From Folioceros fuciformis (taxonomy: Eukaryota): 43,658 nt of DNA. The notes under the pieces are model-generated. The model saw only the letters and a program-made list of their open reading frames with translations, had not been told where the DNA came from and made no database searches. Position 1 is the stretch's first letter, and every line of letters starts with the position of its first letter. The translations under genes were made by a program, and so were the position numbers. Shown one piece after another: positions 22,340-33,317 of this stretch. The stretch is from contig JBNGIO010006314.1 of the NCBI GenBank assembly GCA_049999805.1, forward strand, positions 598,603-642,260, in the 5' to 3' direction.

Positions 22340-25185
22340 ATGGACGCGGCAGGGGCCAGCTCTGAAGCTGCGGTGGGAGAGGAATTTGCTGTGATATCCG
22401 GCCCAGCTGGGCCTGGGAGGAAGGGTGGTCAGCAGGGTTGCGCAGCGTCTGTTCTGGGTACGTGCATTCCGTTTGTGGAGTCCAAGTACGCTGTGCTGCG
22501 GGGAGTCGGGGACGGCAAGGGGAGGGGTGTCGGAGGTTGTGAGCGGGAAGGCGGGGACAGCATTGCCGCGCGGGGTAAGTGGCGGGGTGCCTGGAGGGGT
22601 TTGGGGAGACTGGGGGCGGGGCAGTGTGGTTGGAGCTGTAATGCGGGTGCGGTGGCTTCGCTCATGCTGGTGTGTCGGGGGTGCAGGTGGCGCGGCCTCC
22701 GGGAAGGTGTCCATGGTGTGCGGGACGGTTTCTAGTGTGAGAGGGAGGAGTGCGGGTGTGGTGGACGGGAGCGGTAATACGCTTGCGGATAGCGGGAGGA
22801 AGAAAAAGAAGAGGAACAAGAGGAAACAGGGGATGAATGCCCGGGAGGGGTTGCAGGGGGAGCTCCAGCCCAAGGACGCTGAACAGAGGAAGGCCGTGGA
22901 GGATTCTTTGCTCGAGCTGCTTCCGGAGAAATTTGAGCTGGGTGTGGAGGTCGTGCGAGATGTTTTGGGTAGGTTTTCCGCGGCAGGATGGATGGTGTTT
23001 GTGGTTGATTCGCTGCAGTTGGTGTGGTTGATGAATAACGTGATTTGTCTTGTTTCTCAGGTCAGTGTGAGGGGGACGTGCAACAGGTATTTGGGGTGCT
23101 GTGTAACTCAGGCTCGACAGATTTTTTGGCCATTGACGTGCTGAAATGATGCTTCGGCACTTGCGTAATTCAACCCGATGGCCATGTCTTATTGATGTTT
23201 GTTACGATAGGCGCGGGACGTGCTACTGGAGATGGCTGCATCTTCTTGTGACAGCCGGCTGTCGGACGAATGTCTCCCGGTGCCAGATGCTGATGACGGC
23301 TCCCTGAAGGCACTGTTGGCTGCATTCTCGAATCTTGATCCTGCCCAAGTAGTGATAGCCTGTCAGGTGCTTGCAGTTGCTGATGTGCTTGGTCTGCCCT
23401 GTCATTGAGCTTGGATGTTCCTGGCCGTGGCCTTCAGTTGAGATTTTCCCTCGCTATTCTTTATTTTGCAGGAAGCAGGTAGTAATTTTGAGCTTGCAGC
23501 GGACTCTCTGCTGCAGGCGGGTTGTCAAGAAGATACTGCAAATGAACGAGCGGAGGAAGAAAACCCTAGCTTGAAGGTGCTCCACAATTTCATCACACTC
23601 CGTCTCGGTACCATTCCAAACATGTGCCCAAGTTGCTTCTCACTTTGGTCGTTTTGTTGTGAAGATTCTTGTGTCATGGCTTCAAAAGACTTTTCCCTCT
23701 GTGGAGGATGACATCCTTCGTCAAGTGTTGGAAGCCAATGATTTTTCTTATAGGTAGAGCTTGCATGCTCTCTCATCCAGTTTCGTCACGTTATCCGCCG
23801 AATGCCTGGTTTTCGCATCTGAGATTGTCACTTCAGCTTTCCCCTGGGCTTCACGACTAAGATTTTTTGTCGTAACCTTGTAGAAAGACAGTGGATTTCC
23901 TGGTGGAAGGTGGCATGAAATCATTTGAAGATCGACAGCAGGATCCCGCAAGTCTCATAACCTCCATTATGCAGACCTTGTTCAGACGAGAAGCGAAAAG
24001 TCCTCCTCGTACTGCGACGCCTCCTCCGGACAGAATGAACAGAGGGAGCAACTGGCAGGAAGTAAGGCCGAGATCGCCCAGGGACGATCTTTTCAAGAAC
24101 GGCCGCGTTGAAAGGATTGGTGCGTACAGGAGTTTCTACACTTGAATTTGCCTTAGGGTAGCTCATGTAGCTTGTGTGGCTGATGTCGTTTGTTGCTTGT
24201 GTGTTTCTCCTCCTCAGAGGACGACGAGCAGTACGATGCATACAGAGCCTGTCGAAGATCAGCTGCTGCTGACACCGCCAAGATGAATGAGTGCTTTCAA
24301 CAGGTGCAGAGAGAAATTTCTCGTGCATTACTATGACAAATCTCTTTCACCAAATTGAGCCACCTTTTGAAAGATCCTCACGTTTGCAACTTTATGATCA
24401 GGCATCTGCAGCGTATCATAGGGGAGAGCGGGCCTACGCTGGCATTTTGGCAGAAAGGGTAGGTTCAGGGCGGAGCGGCGGTGTACAAGAAGCACATGCT
24501 GCCTTTAAATTTCGGTGTACTCCTTAACGCATCTGACACGGGACCCCATGTCAACCCGTGCAGGGAAAGGAGTATCAGAAATCAATTCGTGAAGCAAATG
24601 ACAAGGCCAGCACTCATCTATTTAACGTCAAGTAAGGGTGCATCTCGGAGTGTCTCGCAGCTCTTCCCCATCCGGGTTTCTGTATTGAAATCTGGGCGAC
24701 TTGTTTTCTCCAGGAACAAATACATGGAGAATAACATCACAATCGACTTACATGCGCAGCATGTGAAGGATGCCATGCGCTTGCTCAAGCTGCACCTCAA
24801 TGCTTTGTCTCCTCTTCCTTGTATGTGTGCAACCAGTCATCTTCCGACCTACTATTTCTTGAGACGTTGGAAGTTTTGCGGTTGTTTTCTTCACGTGATC
24901 GATGTCTGAGGCGCATGTGTTGTGGGGGTTGTGCAGCGGTACACACTCTCACCATCATAACGGGTCATGGCAATGGACAGGCAAAGATCAAGCCTTCGGT
25001 ACGTGTTGATGAAGCTGTCCCTGATATTTTCGCTCAGATCGTCTCAATAACTTTCTTGACTCGCTTGGCAGGTGACCCGCTACCTGGAGGAAAGGGGGAT
25101 AGTATGGGACGATGAAAATCTCGGTCGTCTTGTAGTGGACCTACAGAAACTGAGGGCGAAGGCGGACTCTGCGCCGCAGCCATAA
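22340..25185 (+). CDS. Smr (small MutS-related) domain protein with DUF1771 and CUE/UBA-like segments, multi-exon
   Basis: LKALLAAFSNLDPAQVVIACQ/EAGSNFELAADSLL; YDQASAAYHRGERAYAGILAER...ANDKAS; NKYMENNITIDLHAQHVKDAMRLLKLHL; LTIITGHG; KIKPSVTRYLEERGIVWDDENLG; stop ends at 25185. The start is inferred via intron 22458-22686 (alternative ATG 22713). Confidence 0.82.
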
Positions 25186-25597
25186 AGTTGGACTTGGCCC
25201 TCATTGTAGCAGACGGGCGTAGATTCGGCAAGCATCAGGCTTGCCCACAGAACTCTACTCATTGTGTAGAGACTGTATTTAATATTTACCTATATATGTA
25301 CTGTAACTTCTCAGGATGGAAGAACACAGTTCAGCGGCACTAATGTCCCTGGACTGTTCCATGGTTGTGATTTGTTGCTAGTACAGGGCAACGGCGGATT
25401 CGGGTAACAGGGCGAGGCGTTGGAGCCGCGTGGCATATCGTTACTGCGCTCACGCAGGTAACGGGCGACAGTGTTGGGGCGTGAGGGATTCAGGAGCCGG
25501 GAGGTGGCAGCGTGGCGTAGCCCAACCTAGGCCTGGGGCAAGAAGAGGCGAGGGAGTTGGTAGTGGGCGATACGGATGCCTCATGGGTGGGGCATCG

Positions 25598-27571
25598 ATG
25601 CAACTGGCGGGATATGGCGTGGTGCGGAGGCTGAACCACTCTCCGGGCGGGCGTGTGCACTATCTCCCGCTCCAGCTCCATCTCTGCGTGCTCTCCCTGA
25701 CCTCCGCCACCTCCAACGTCTGTCTGGCAACTCTATCGCCCACCAATTCCGGCTCCTGCCCTCGCACCGGTCTGGCCATGGCGTTCCACGGGGCTGGCCA
25801 GCCCACGGCGGACGAGGCCACCGCCCTATCCACGGTCCTGGAGTACCATGAGCGCACCAAGCACTCGCTGCGGAAGTACGCCCGCGGCCCGGGTGGCCTG
25901 GACTGGAGGAACCAGCCCAATCCCTTCCGCCGTTACCAGGGCGCGGAGCTGGTGTCGCTGGAGCATCTGCCCCCGGATCCTTTGGGCATGGCCGACCCTC
26001 CGTATCCAGACGCCTTCCAGCCGGGGAAGGTGGGCACTCAGGAAGTCTCCCGCAGGTCACTCTCGCAGCTGCTCTACGACAGCTTGGCTCTCTCGGCCTG
26101 GAAGCGGGCGGGGTCCTCCACCTGGTCGCTCCGGGTGAATCCCAGCAGCGGGAACCTCCATCCCACCGAAGGCTACATTGTCTCGGGTCCCGTCCCTGGA
26201 GTCTGCGATGAGCCTTTTGTGGGGCACTATGCGCCCAAGGAGCACGCGCTGGAGATCCGCGCCCGGCTCCCGGGCGAGGTGTGGGGGATCCTGTCCCGGG
26301 GACGGGCCCCCGGGACCTTCTTCGTCGCCTTCTCCTCCATCTTCTGGCGGGAGTCTTGGAAGTACGGGGAGCGGGCATTCCGGTACTGCAATCACGACGT
26401 CGGGCACGCTCTGGCGGCCGTGGAGGTGGCCGCCGCCGGGTTAGGGTGGAATGCCAGGCTGTTGGACGCGTGGGAGGCTCCGCAGCTGCAGAGGCTGCTA
26501 GGTCTGGAGGATGAGCACGAGCTGGTCTCGGATCCCCGCGGCCAGGCCCCCAAGGGCAGGTTCCCGGAGCTGGAGCGGGAGCATCCCGACTTACTGCTGG
26601 CTGTCTCTCCCAGCACAGGCGGCGGGAAGTTGCAGGATGCGGGGGCCGAGAAGGCTGTGGCGGCGGCTGTGGCGGGCAAGATGGAGGAGATTAGGTTCCA
26701 GGGCGTGCGCAACTCTCTCAGCAGGGAGCATGTTAGGTGGGGGATCATCTACCAGGCGGCGGCAGCATCGCGAAAGGTGGGCGTGACGGAGGATCCTCCC
26801 ACAAGAGAAAGGGAGGCGGCGGAAGGATCTTCTCCGGGTGCTGCTCCCAATGTGTCTGTCTATGAGCCGTTCACGCTCCGGGAGGTGGTGAGGAAGCGGC
26901 GGAGCGCCGTGGACATGGATGGGCAGTACGGGATGCAGCGTGACGTCTTTTACGAGGTGCTGCGCAAGGCGATGCCAGCGGCATCGGGGGATCCGGAGGG
27001 GGCGCGGAACGTGCCGTTCGGGGCGCTGCCGTGGGATCCGCAATTGCACATGGCCATCTTCGTGCACAGGGTGGTGCGGTTGCCTCCGGGGATCTACTTT
27101 CTGGTGCGGAACGCGGAGCACCAGGCTGCGCTAAGGCAGGCTATGCGGCCCGAGTTCGAGTGGAAGACGCCGGAGGATTGCCCTAAGGATCTGCCTTTGT
27201 ACAGTCTCCTGCTGGGTGATTGCAAGACGCTCGCGGCTCAGGTTTCGTGCCAGCAGGCCATCGCCGGGGACAGCTGCTTCAGCTTGGGCATGATTGCGCG
27301 GTTCGAGCCGGCTTTGAGGGAGCGGGGGCCGTGGATGTATCCTCGGCTGTTCTGGGAATCGGGGGTTTTGGGGCAGATTCTGTACCTTGAAGCGCATGCA
27401 GTGGGGATATCCGCTACTGGGATTGGCTGTTACTTCGATGATTCTGTGCACGAGCTGCTGGGAATAAAAGACAAGGAATTCCAGAGCTTGTATCACTTCA
27501 CCGTGGGCATTCCAGTGGTGGACACGAGGATCATGAGCCTACCCGCATATCCTGGTCCTTCTGCTGCCTAG
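25598..27571 (+). CDS. SagB/ThcOx-type nitroreductase family protein (two nitroreductase domains), intronless
   Basis: YHERTKH...YARGPGGLDWRNQPNPFRRY; LRVNPSSGNLHPTEGY; FWRESWKYGERAFRYCNHDVGHA; RKRRSAVDMDG; SCQQAIAGD; YPRLFWESGVLGQILYLEA...TGIGCYFDD...FQSLYHFTVG. Start is 25598 (transit-peptide-like) or 25778. Confidence 0.92.
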   Translation: MQLAGYGVVRRLNHSPGGRVHYLPLQLHLCVLSLTSATSNVCLATLSPTNSGSCPRTGLAMAFHGAGQPTADEATALSTVLEYHERTKHSLRKYARGPGGLDWRNQPNPFRRYQGAELVSLEHLPPDPLGMADPPYPDAFQPGKVGTQEVSRRSLSQLLYDSLALSAWKRAGSSTWSLRVNPSSGNLHPTEGYIVSGPVPGVCDEPFVGHYAPKEHALEIRARLPGEVWGILSRGRAPGTFFVAFSSIFWRESWKYGERAFRYCNHDVGHALAAVEVAAAGLGWNARLLDAWEAPQLQRLLGLEDEHELVSDPRGQAPKGRFPELEREHPDLLLAVSPSTGGGKLQDAGAEKAVAAAVAGKMEEIRFQGVRNSLSREHVRWGIIYQAAAASRKVGVTEDPPTREREAAEGSSPGAAPNVSVYEPFTLREVVRKRRSAVDMDGQYGMQRDVFYEVLRKAMPAASGDPEGARNVPFGALPWDPQLHMAIFVHRVVRLPPGIYFLVRNAEHQAALRQAMRPEFEWKTPEDCPKDLPLYSLLLGDCKTLAAQVSCQQAIAGDSCFSLGMIARFEPALRERGPWMYPRLFWESGVLGQILYLEAHAVGISATGIGCYFDDSVHELLGIKDKEFQSLYHFTVGIPVVDTRIMSLPAYPGPSAA

Positions 27572-28077
27572 TTGCACGCTTCTTCCCTGGCTTCGCATGC
27601 ATGGTAATTTTGTATCATAGAGGGCGTTCCCAGGCAGGGAACGAGGGCAAGCCGCAGAGGAAGCGATGTGTAAAGAATCTTAACAATCCCTTGGAGCAGG
27701 CCATGGCTTCGGTTCACATTCGAAAAGTGTTGTGCAAGGTGGGGGAAAAGTGCCTGCTGCTTGACAGCTTCTGGAAATTCTCAGGTCGGGTGGAGTGAAA
27801 GTATGTGCTTTCTTACGCTGGCATGCATATCTAGGTCATATCGTGGACACAAGATATGCCCGTCTTGTATGAAAGAACACAGATTTTTTTCCACAACATT
27901 CCATCAGATAATCATATTCACATGTAGTGTGGTAGGAAATTTTTCATCTGAACGAGTATTAGGCCTTCAACTTAGGGGAACGAACAACTCCTACTTTGTA
28001 TACTACAGCTTATTACACATTCAACTTTAAAAGAAAGTAAAACCTACCCTCATATGTCCTATGCACAACCGACAATT

Positions 28078-31000
28078 CTAGATTACAAGACGCCTTGCCA
28101 AGTACCACATGTGCCAAGTCTGTCCAACCAAACTGAGGACATTCATCAGAGAGGAATATCCATGCAAGATGTTGAATTGTTTCACCAATTCAGCATCCCG
28201 ACCTGTGCTTGCTGCCTTACCACCTGAACCGTCTGCCCTTCCTTCCTCTTTCTCCACTTTCAACCTCTCGAACAGGAGCTGTTCCCATCCAAGAATTGCA
28301 CGGTTAGATAGGAAAACCAACCAGATAATGAGAGAGAGGAGGAAGGGAGAAGTCGCAGTCACCTTGGACACTTGCGGCTCCAGATAGAAAGCGTTGATCA
28401 GATTGGCCGACAAACTGAAGCAGAGAGTTATGAACTGCATTCTTTCGGAAGCATCCGCAGATGTCCATGGATGTCTAAGGGTATGCATTGTGAGGGTGGC
28501 GGCTTGGACCACTGCCACCACCATGAGAGACGCGGGAAACAGGCGGCTTTGCACATGTCCGAACTGCTGCCTCGGTAGAGCCTTTGACAGAACTTGTCCC
28601 GAAATGAAAGTCATCCATACAGACGTACCAAAGCTTATGGAGAAGAAGGCTAAATGGAACAACCGTGCCAGAGACGTGAAGAGGCCTCCGCCAGGTAACT
28701 CTGGCACCTTCTCCACCGATAGATCCTCCGTCTGCGCCTTTGGCAGGGCCGCAGGACCCTGGGACAGGTTGACGACAAACTCATCCGCTTCTTTTGTCTG
28801 CTCCTGCTGATTTGTATTGTCGACCGGGCGTCCGACGTCAGTTTTGGCTAAATCATCTTCCTTCTCCTCTTTCTTCTGATTCGTACTGGCCGCTTCCGGT
28901 TTGCTATCACGTTTGCATATCTTTTCGATTTCGTAGGCTCCTGCCGCTCCAGCAATTGGTCCTACGGCTTCTAGGTAGGCCATTCCACAAGCAGCCCCGC
29001 ACTCCGAAACGTCGGGCGACACTCTAGAATCGTTACCCTGATGCTGCTCACCTGGCNNNNNNNNNNNNNNNNNNNNNNNNNNNNNNNNNNNNNNNNNNNN
29101 NNNNNNNNNNNNNNNNNNNNNNNNNNNNNNNNNNNNNNNNNNNNNNNNNNNNNNNNGAGCCAGGAGCGAAATCCTGGCCAGGCGTGCACTCGCACTCCCC
29201 TCCTTTTTTCTGCTTACCGTGAATCAAGGAAAAAAATTCTTCATTTTCCCCATCCAGATCCTCCGGAATCATACCCTTAGCACCACCGACATACCCTCCA
29301 AGTCTCTCCCACCCATGTGAGACCGCACCATGTCGCCTCCTCGCCGCGTCCAAAACTGGCGGCTCATAACCCTGAGATTTATTCCGCCCATGGTCTTCGT
29401 TATCTCCGGACGTGGGCCATTCGTCCTCAGAAGCCTGAATTTCACTCCACGTATTATCTTCGTTATCTCCGAGATTTTCTTCCTGTGATACAGCCCACCA
29501 GAATTTAGGGGTTAGATCACTTCAGTCGCCCCTTTCAAGCTAAAGCACAACACGTCCAGAAATCGAGGTTGCTCTGACGAGCAAGAACTGCCAGATGTCG
29601 TGGAACGGGTGATGGTTATTTCTTCAAAAACAAGATTGGGTTTATACAAGCCCCTTGTTCTTTATTCACAACGTCGGACATATCTACATCAAACATCTTC
29701 CAAAACGGACGCACCTCACCCACACAAACTCAGAACCAGGTTTCAAGAGCTGGAGTGCGACAAGTATTCACTGACCGCCAGCTTTTCGCCAGTCTCCACT
29801 GCACTTTCCTTAGCTCTGTCTGCGTACTCAGACACCTTCTCAACCCCAGATTTGGCAGTGTCCTTGGCACTGTCATAGTATGACTGTTGAGGCTGATCAT
29901 CTGCAGACAGGGCCAACTTCTGCTTCAGAAACTCGTAAAAACTCTCTTCCTCATAATGACTCTCACCAGTTCCTACAGCCTGTCTCAAGTACTCTACTCC
30001 AGATTCATAGCCTCCTGAGACTGCACCAGGGATTCCCTTCATATTTTCCAAAAGTGCTGCTCTGACATCATTCAGCTGCTCGTTGAGCTTGTCTAAAGCC
30101 TCTGTCAATTTACCTCTAGGTGATTCGTCCTTTCCAAACCTGACCCTCAATTCCTGAAGAATGCTCTTTCCTTCATCTTTGGCGCTGTAGATAGACAGCT
30201 TCTCCCTCAAGATGTCCAACGGACCCTTCCTTTCCTGTCGAGTAAATCCTTCCAGCGTCTCTTTCAAACCCTCAATCATTCCCTTTCTTTCCTCTCCGCT
30301 GGACCCTGCTAACCTCTTGGTAATATCATCAAGAGTTGGACCCTTTCCTCCTTCCCCTTTGAAACTGGAATAGGCAGAGCTGAAGTACGCAGACACCCTC
30401 GCTTTCCACGCCTCCACTGCCCCTTTCTCTTTGTCTTCCGAAGTGTAGCTGGACAGTCTCTCTTTCAATCCATCCAAGATCCCCCTCCTCTCTTCCGTGC
30501 TGTACCCGGCTAGCATTTCCCGCACTCCATCAAGAATCGTCCTTCTATCGGCTTTGCTGGGTGTCGTAGCCAGCCGTCTAGCGTACTCCTCGATTGTGCT
30601 CTTCTTCTCGTCCTCATCATTAACAGTAAACCCCGGGATGTGTTTTTTGATATAATCCAAAATCTGTTTCCTTTCATCCGTGTCGTACCCGGACAACGTT
30701 TTCCTGAGCTCATCGAGAAAACCCTTTCTCTGTTCTTCATTATCACCACTCACCAGCTTCCTTTTCAGTACCTCCAGAGGTCCCTCGCCTGATGGGCCAT
30801 AGGAAAGACCTTCACCCACATTGGGCATGTACTCGCCCACGTCCCGAGCTCGTTGCTTCATCCTTTCTGTAGCCTCCCTGTCTTTCGTCTTAACGTGCCC
30901 TGGTTGCTGCGTTTCTAGAGTCTCCTGACCGAAGCTCGGCATATTGCTGCTCACATAATTAAACATATCCTGGCAATGCAACAAAAGTCCGATTCTCCCG

Positions 31001-32358
31001 ACTTACAGAAAAACCCCATGAAAGGAAGCTCACACAAACAGAGCTCTCAATGCACGCAAAACCTTACCTCAATGGTCTCCTTGACTCCTTGAGGCGCTTG
31101 CTTAACGGTCTCGTATGAAGTAGAGCCCGCACCAGAAATCGTCTCGTATGCAAAGCTTCGCGCCTCACTCACTGCTCCTCCTGCGGCATGCACAACAGGC
31201 GTTAACAACGCCAAACACCTGCAACCAAATAATCTCACTGTGATATAAGTCTCGTTTCTACTCTCACCTGCCTTCGCCGGGAACTCGCGGAGGAGCTGGA
31301 TGGCAATGTAAAAAGCTTCATTAGCCGAGCCGGCTCCTTGAGACGCCCTGTCAAATGCGAGCCCTGCCCGCTCCTTTGCAGTCCGGTACGCCGACCCAGC
31401 AGCATCCGCAGCTTTGTCTCTGGCAGTACCGTACACTCCACCCGCCGTCTCAGCGGCTGACCCCGCAGTTCGAGACGCTGTCTCGTAGGCAGAGCCAACA
31501 GCCTGTCTGGCTGAGTCCGCCACGATCCCAAGTGCGTCCTTAGCCTTGTCCGCTGCACTGTCCCCAGTCTCCTTGGCTCTCCCCGCCGTTTCCCCCAAAG
31601 TGGAGAAGGTGGACTGAGCTCCTTCCTGCAACCTCTCCCGGGCCTTCATGAAAGACTCCGAAGCCTGTTCACTATAGCTCGCTGCATCCCAGCATCACAC
31701 ATTCTGTTCGAGTTACTAATTGTCGTCCAGATCATCCGGTGGCATACGACATCGAACCAGGTCAGTCAACATTACTCCAACAAGGACTAGACGGACAATG
31801 TATACCTGTGCTCGTCCCAGCCCCGGCAGAAGCTTTCTGCGATTTGTGAAACAAGGCCTCCCTAACATGCGCGGCAGCTTCACTGGCCGCCGCGCTGGCC
31901 TCCGCGAACTTGTCCTTCGCTTTCTGCCACTTACTCACCTCCTCCGCCTCGTGATGCCCCGCGCCCTTGCCAAACCCTACAGTCTCCGCCGCTCGGCTGA
32001 ACAGCCCGGGCTGGGCCTCCGGCGTGTCCGGCCCGTTCCTCAGCCTGGCGATGTCAAACAAACTCGCCCCTGACCTCGTCTCCGCTCCCGGATCCTCGCA
32101 CTCAGGCTTGGCTCCCACCGCGCTTTGGACTCGCCCCGCCACATTGGAAGCCACGTCCCGAATATTCTCTCCAGTCTTCTCGGCGTACTGCGAAGCGCTC
32201 TCGTACGTGTCCCTGGTTGCATCCTTCACCCCTTTCAGCACTGACGACGGCAGAGAGCCGTCTTCCTCCTGAGACCGCACGTACAGCGGGTCCGGGGACA
32301 GAAAAGTCACCGCCACCACAGCCGCGAGCAGCAGCAGCAGTGCCACGAAGTTCCTCAT
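28078..32358 (-). CDS. Large LEA-domain protein with N-terminal signal/anchor and C-terminal DUF4149 (TMEM205-like) domain, ~7 exons
   Basis: MRNFVALLLLLAAVVAV signal; Ala/Lys/Glu LEA-type repeats (AADKAKDA, TARDKAADAAGSAY); C-terminal HLAFFSISFGTSVWMTFISG...LPRQQFGHVQSRLFP...LEPQVSK/LLFERLKVEKEEGR...LHGYSSLMNV. Splice phases are consistent across the gap (exon ~29483-29219 joins 29051). Confidence 0.8.
29057..29156. other. Assembly gap (100 N) inside an intron of the LEA gene
   Basis: Run of exactly 100 N; an acceptor CCAG on the minus strand abuts the gap. Confidence 0.98.
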
Positions 32359-32795
32359 TCTCCCAGATCCCAGCTACCGATCACCGAAAGATTCTCGCAG
32401 TCTCGTCTCCTACAACCACAGCTCCAGCGCTGAGCTGGTGGGCTGGTTACGCAGATCCCTCAGGCCCGTCGCCTCAATGCTCCGTGTCATACAGAGTCCA
32501 CAAGCTCTCCGCGTCCACAGTGGCAGCAATCTCGTCCAAAATGTTCACCACCACTCGACACACTAAATCCAGCAAACATCCCACAAACTACACATTATGC
32601 ATCTGCGCATCTAGAGGCCCCCCTCAGCCGCATCCTCAGCCGCAACAGAACGCAATGCGAAGGCCTCCGATCAACAAGCGGCAGCTGGATTTGCAAGATG
32701 AAGTGTCCCCGCACCTGAGGATGACACGCAGTTCCACGTAGCAGCACCTCAGCCCGACAGCTGCACCCAGGTTCGACACCTTGCAAAGAGCCTCG

Positions 32796-32803
32796 CACGT
32801 GGC
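32796..32803. promoter_or_regulatory. ABRE/G-box upstream of the LEA gene
   Basis: CACGTGGC ~440 bp upstream of ATG 32358, with another ACGT core near 32736. Confidence 0.5.
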
Positions 32804-33109
32804 CACCCGCCTCCCGGTAACTTGGACCTGCGCCACAGGCTGATGCCGGTTTCCACATGAAGGGCCCGATTCAGTCGCCGGCTGGTAAAACGAAACTTGT
32901 CAGCCCTGGAACGCTTTTATGTTGCGGCCTCTATTAGGCTCCTTAGCTTACGTTACTTTCAAATTGGTGTGTGATGCATTATTAATTTATCTTAAAATCC
33001 ATGCTGCTTGGGATTGGATGGTTTTTCCCAATCTCCTTTTCTCTTCCACAAACAAAAAAATCTTCTCCAGTTGGTTGGTGGCATCTGGCTGCTTTGGTTT
33101 GCTATGCTA

Positions 33110-33317
33110 TGTTAAAAAAACGGTGAATCCCAAGATAAACCTCAACATAAGCCTCAACTTAGTACAACTAGATTGATAATCCATGAGCCTTCAAACATGA
33201 CTATAATTGGATAAAGGGTAAACATTACTTCGATTGTGGTTCTATTTTATATATCTTGGGGTATAATCCCTAAACTCTAATGTAGATATGTTGCACAAAC
33301 CCCATAGGTTTCTAACA
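33110..33317 (-). repeat. 3' LTR of the copia element
   Basis: TGTT...AACA termini; aligns with 36124-36292. Confidence 0.85.

Noticed and set aside
25581-27496. Multiple minus-strand ORFs over the nitroreductase
   Set aside because: Shadow ORFs of high-GC coding DNA
25430-27571. Bacterial contamination suggested by intronless GC-rich genes
   Set aside because: Contiguous with spliced plant genes; no operon structure or ribosome-binding sites evident
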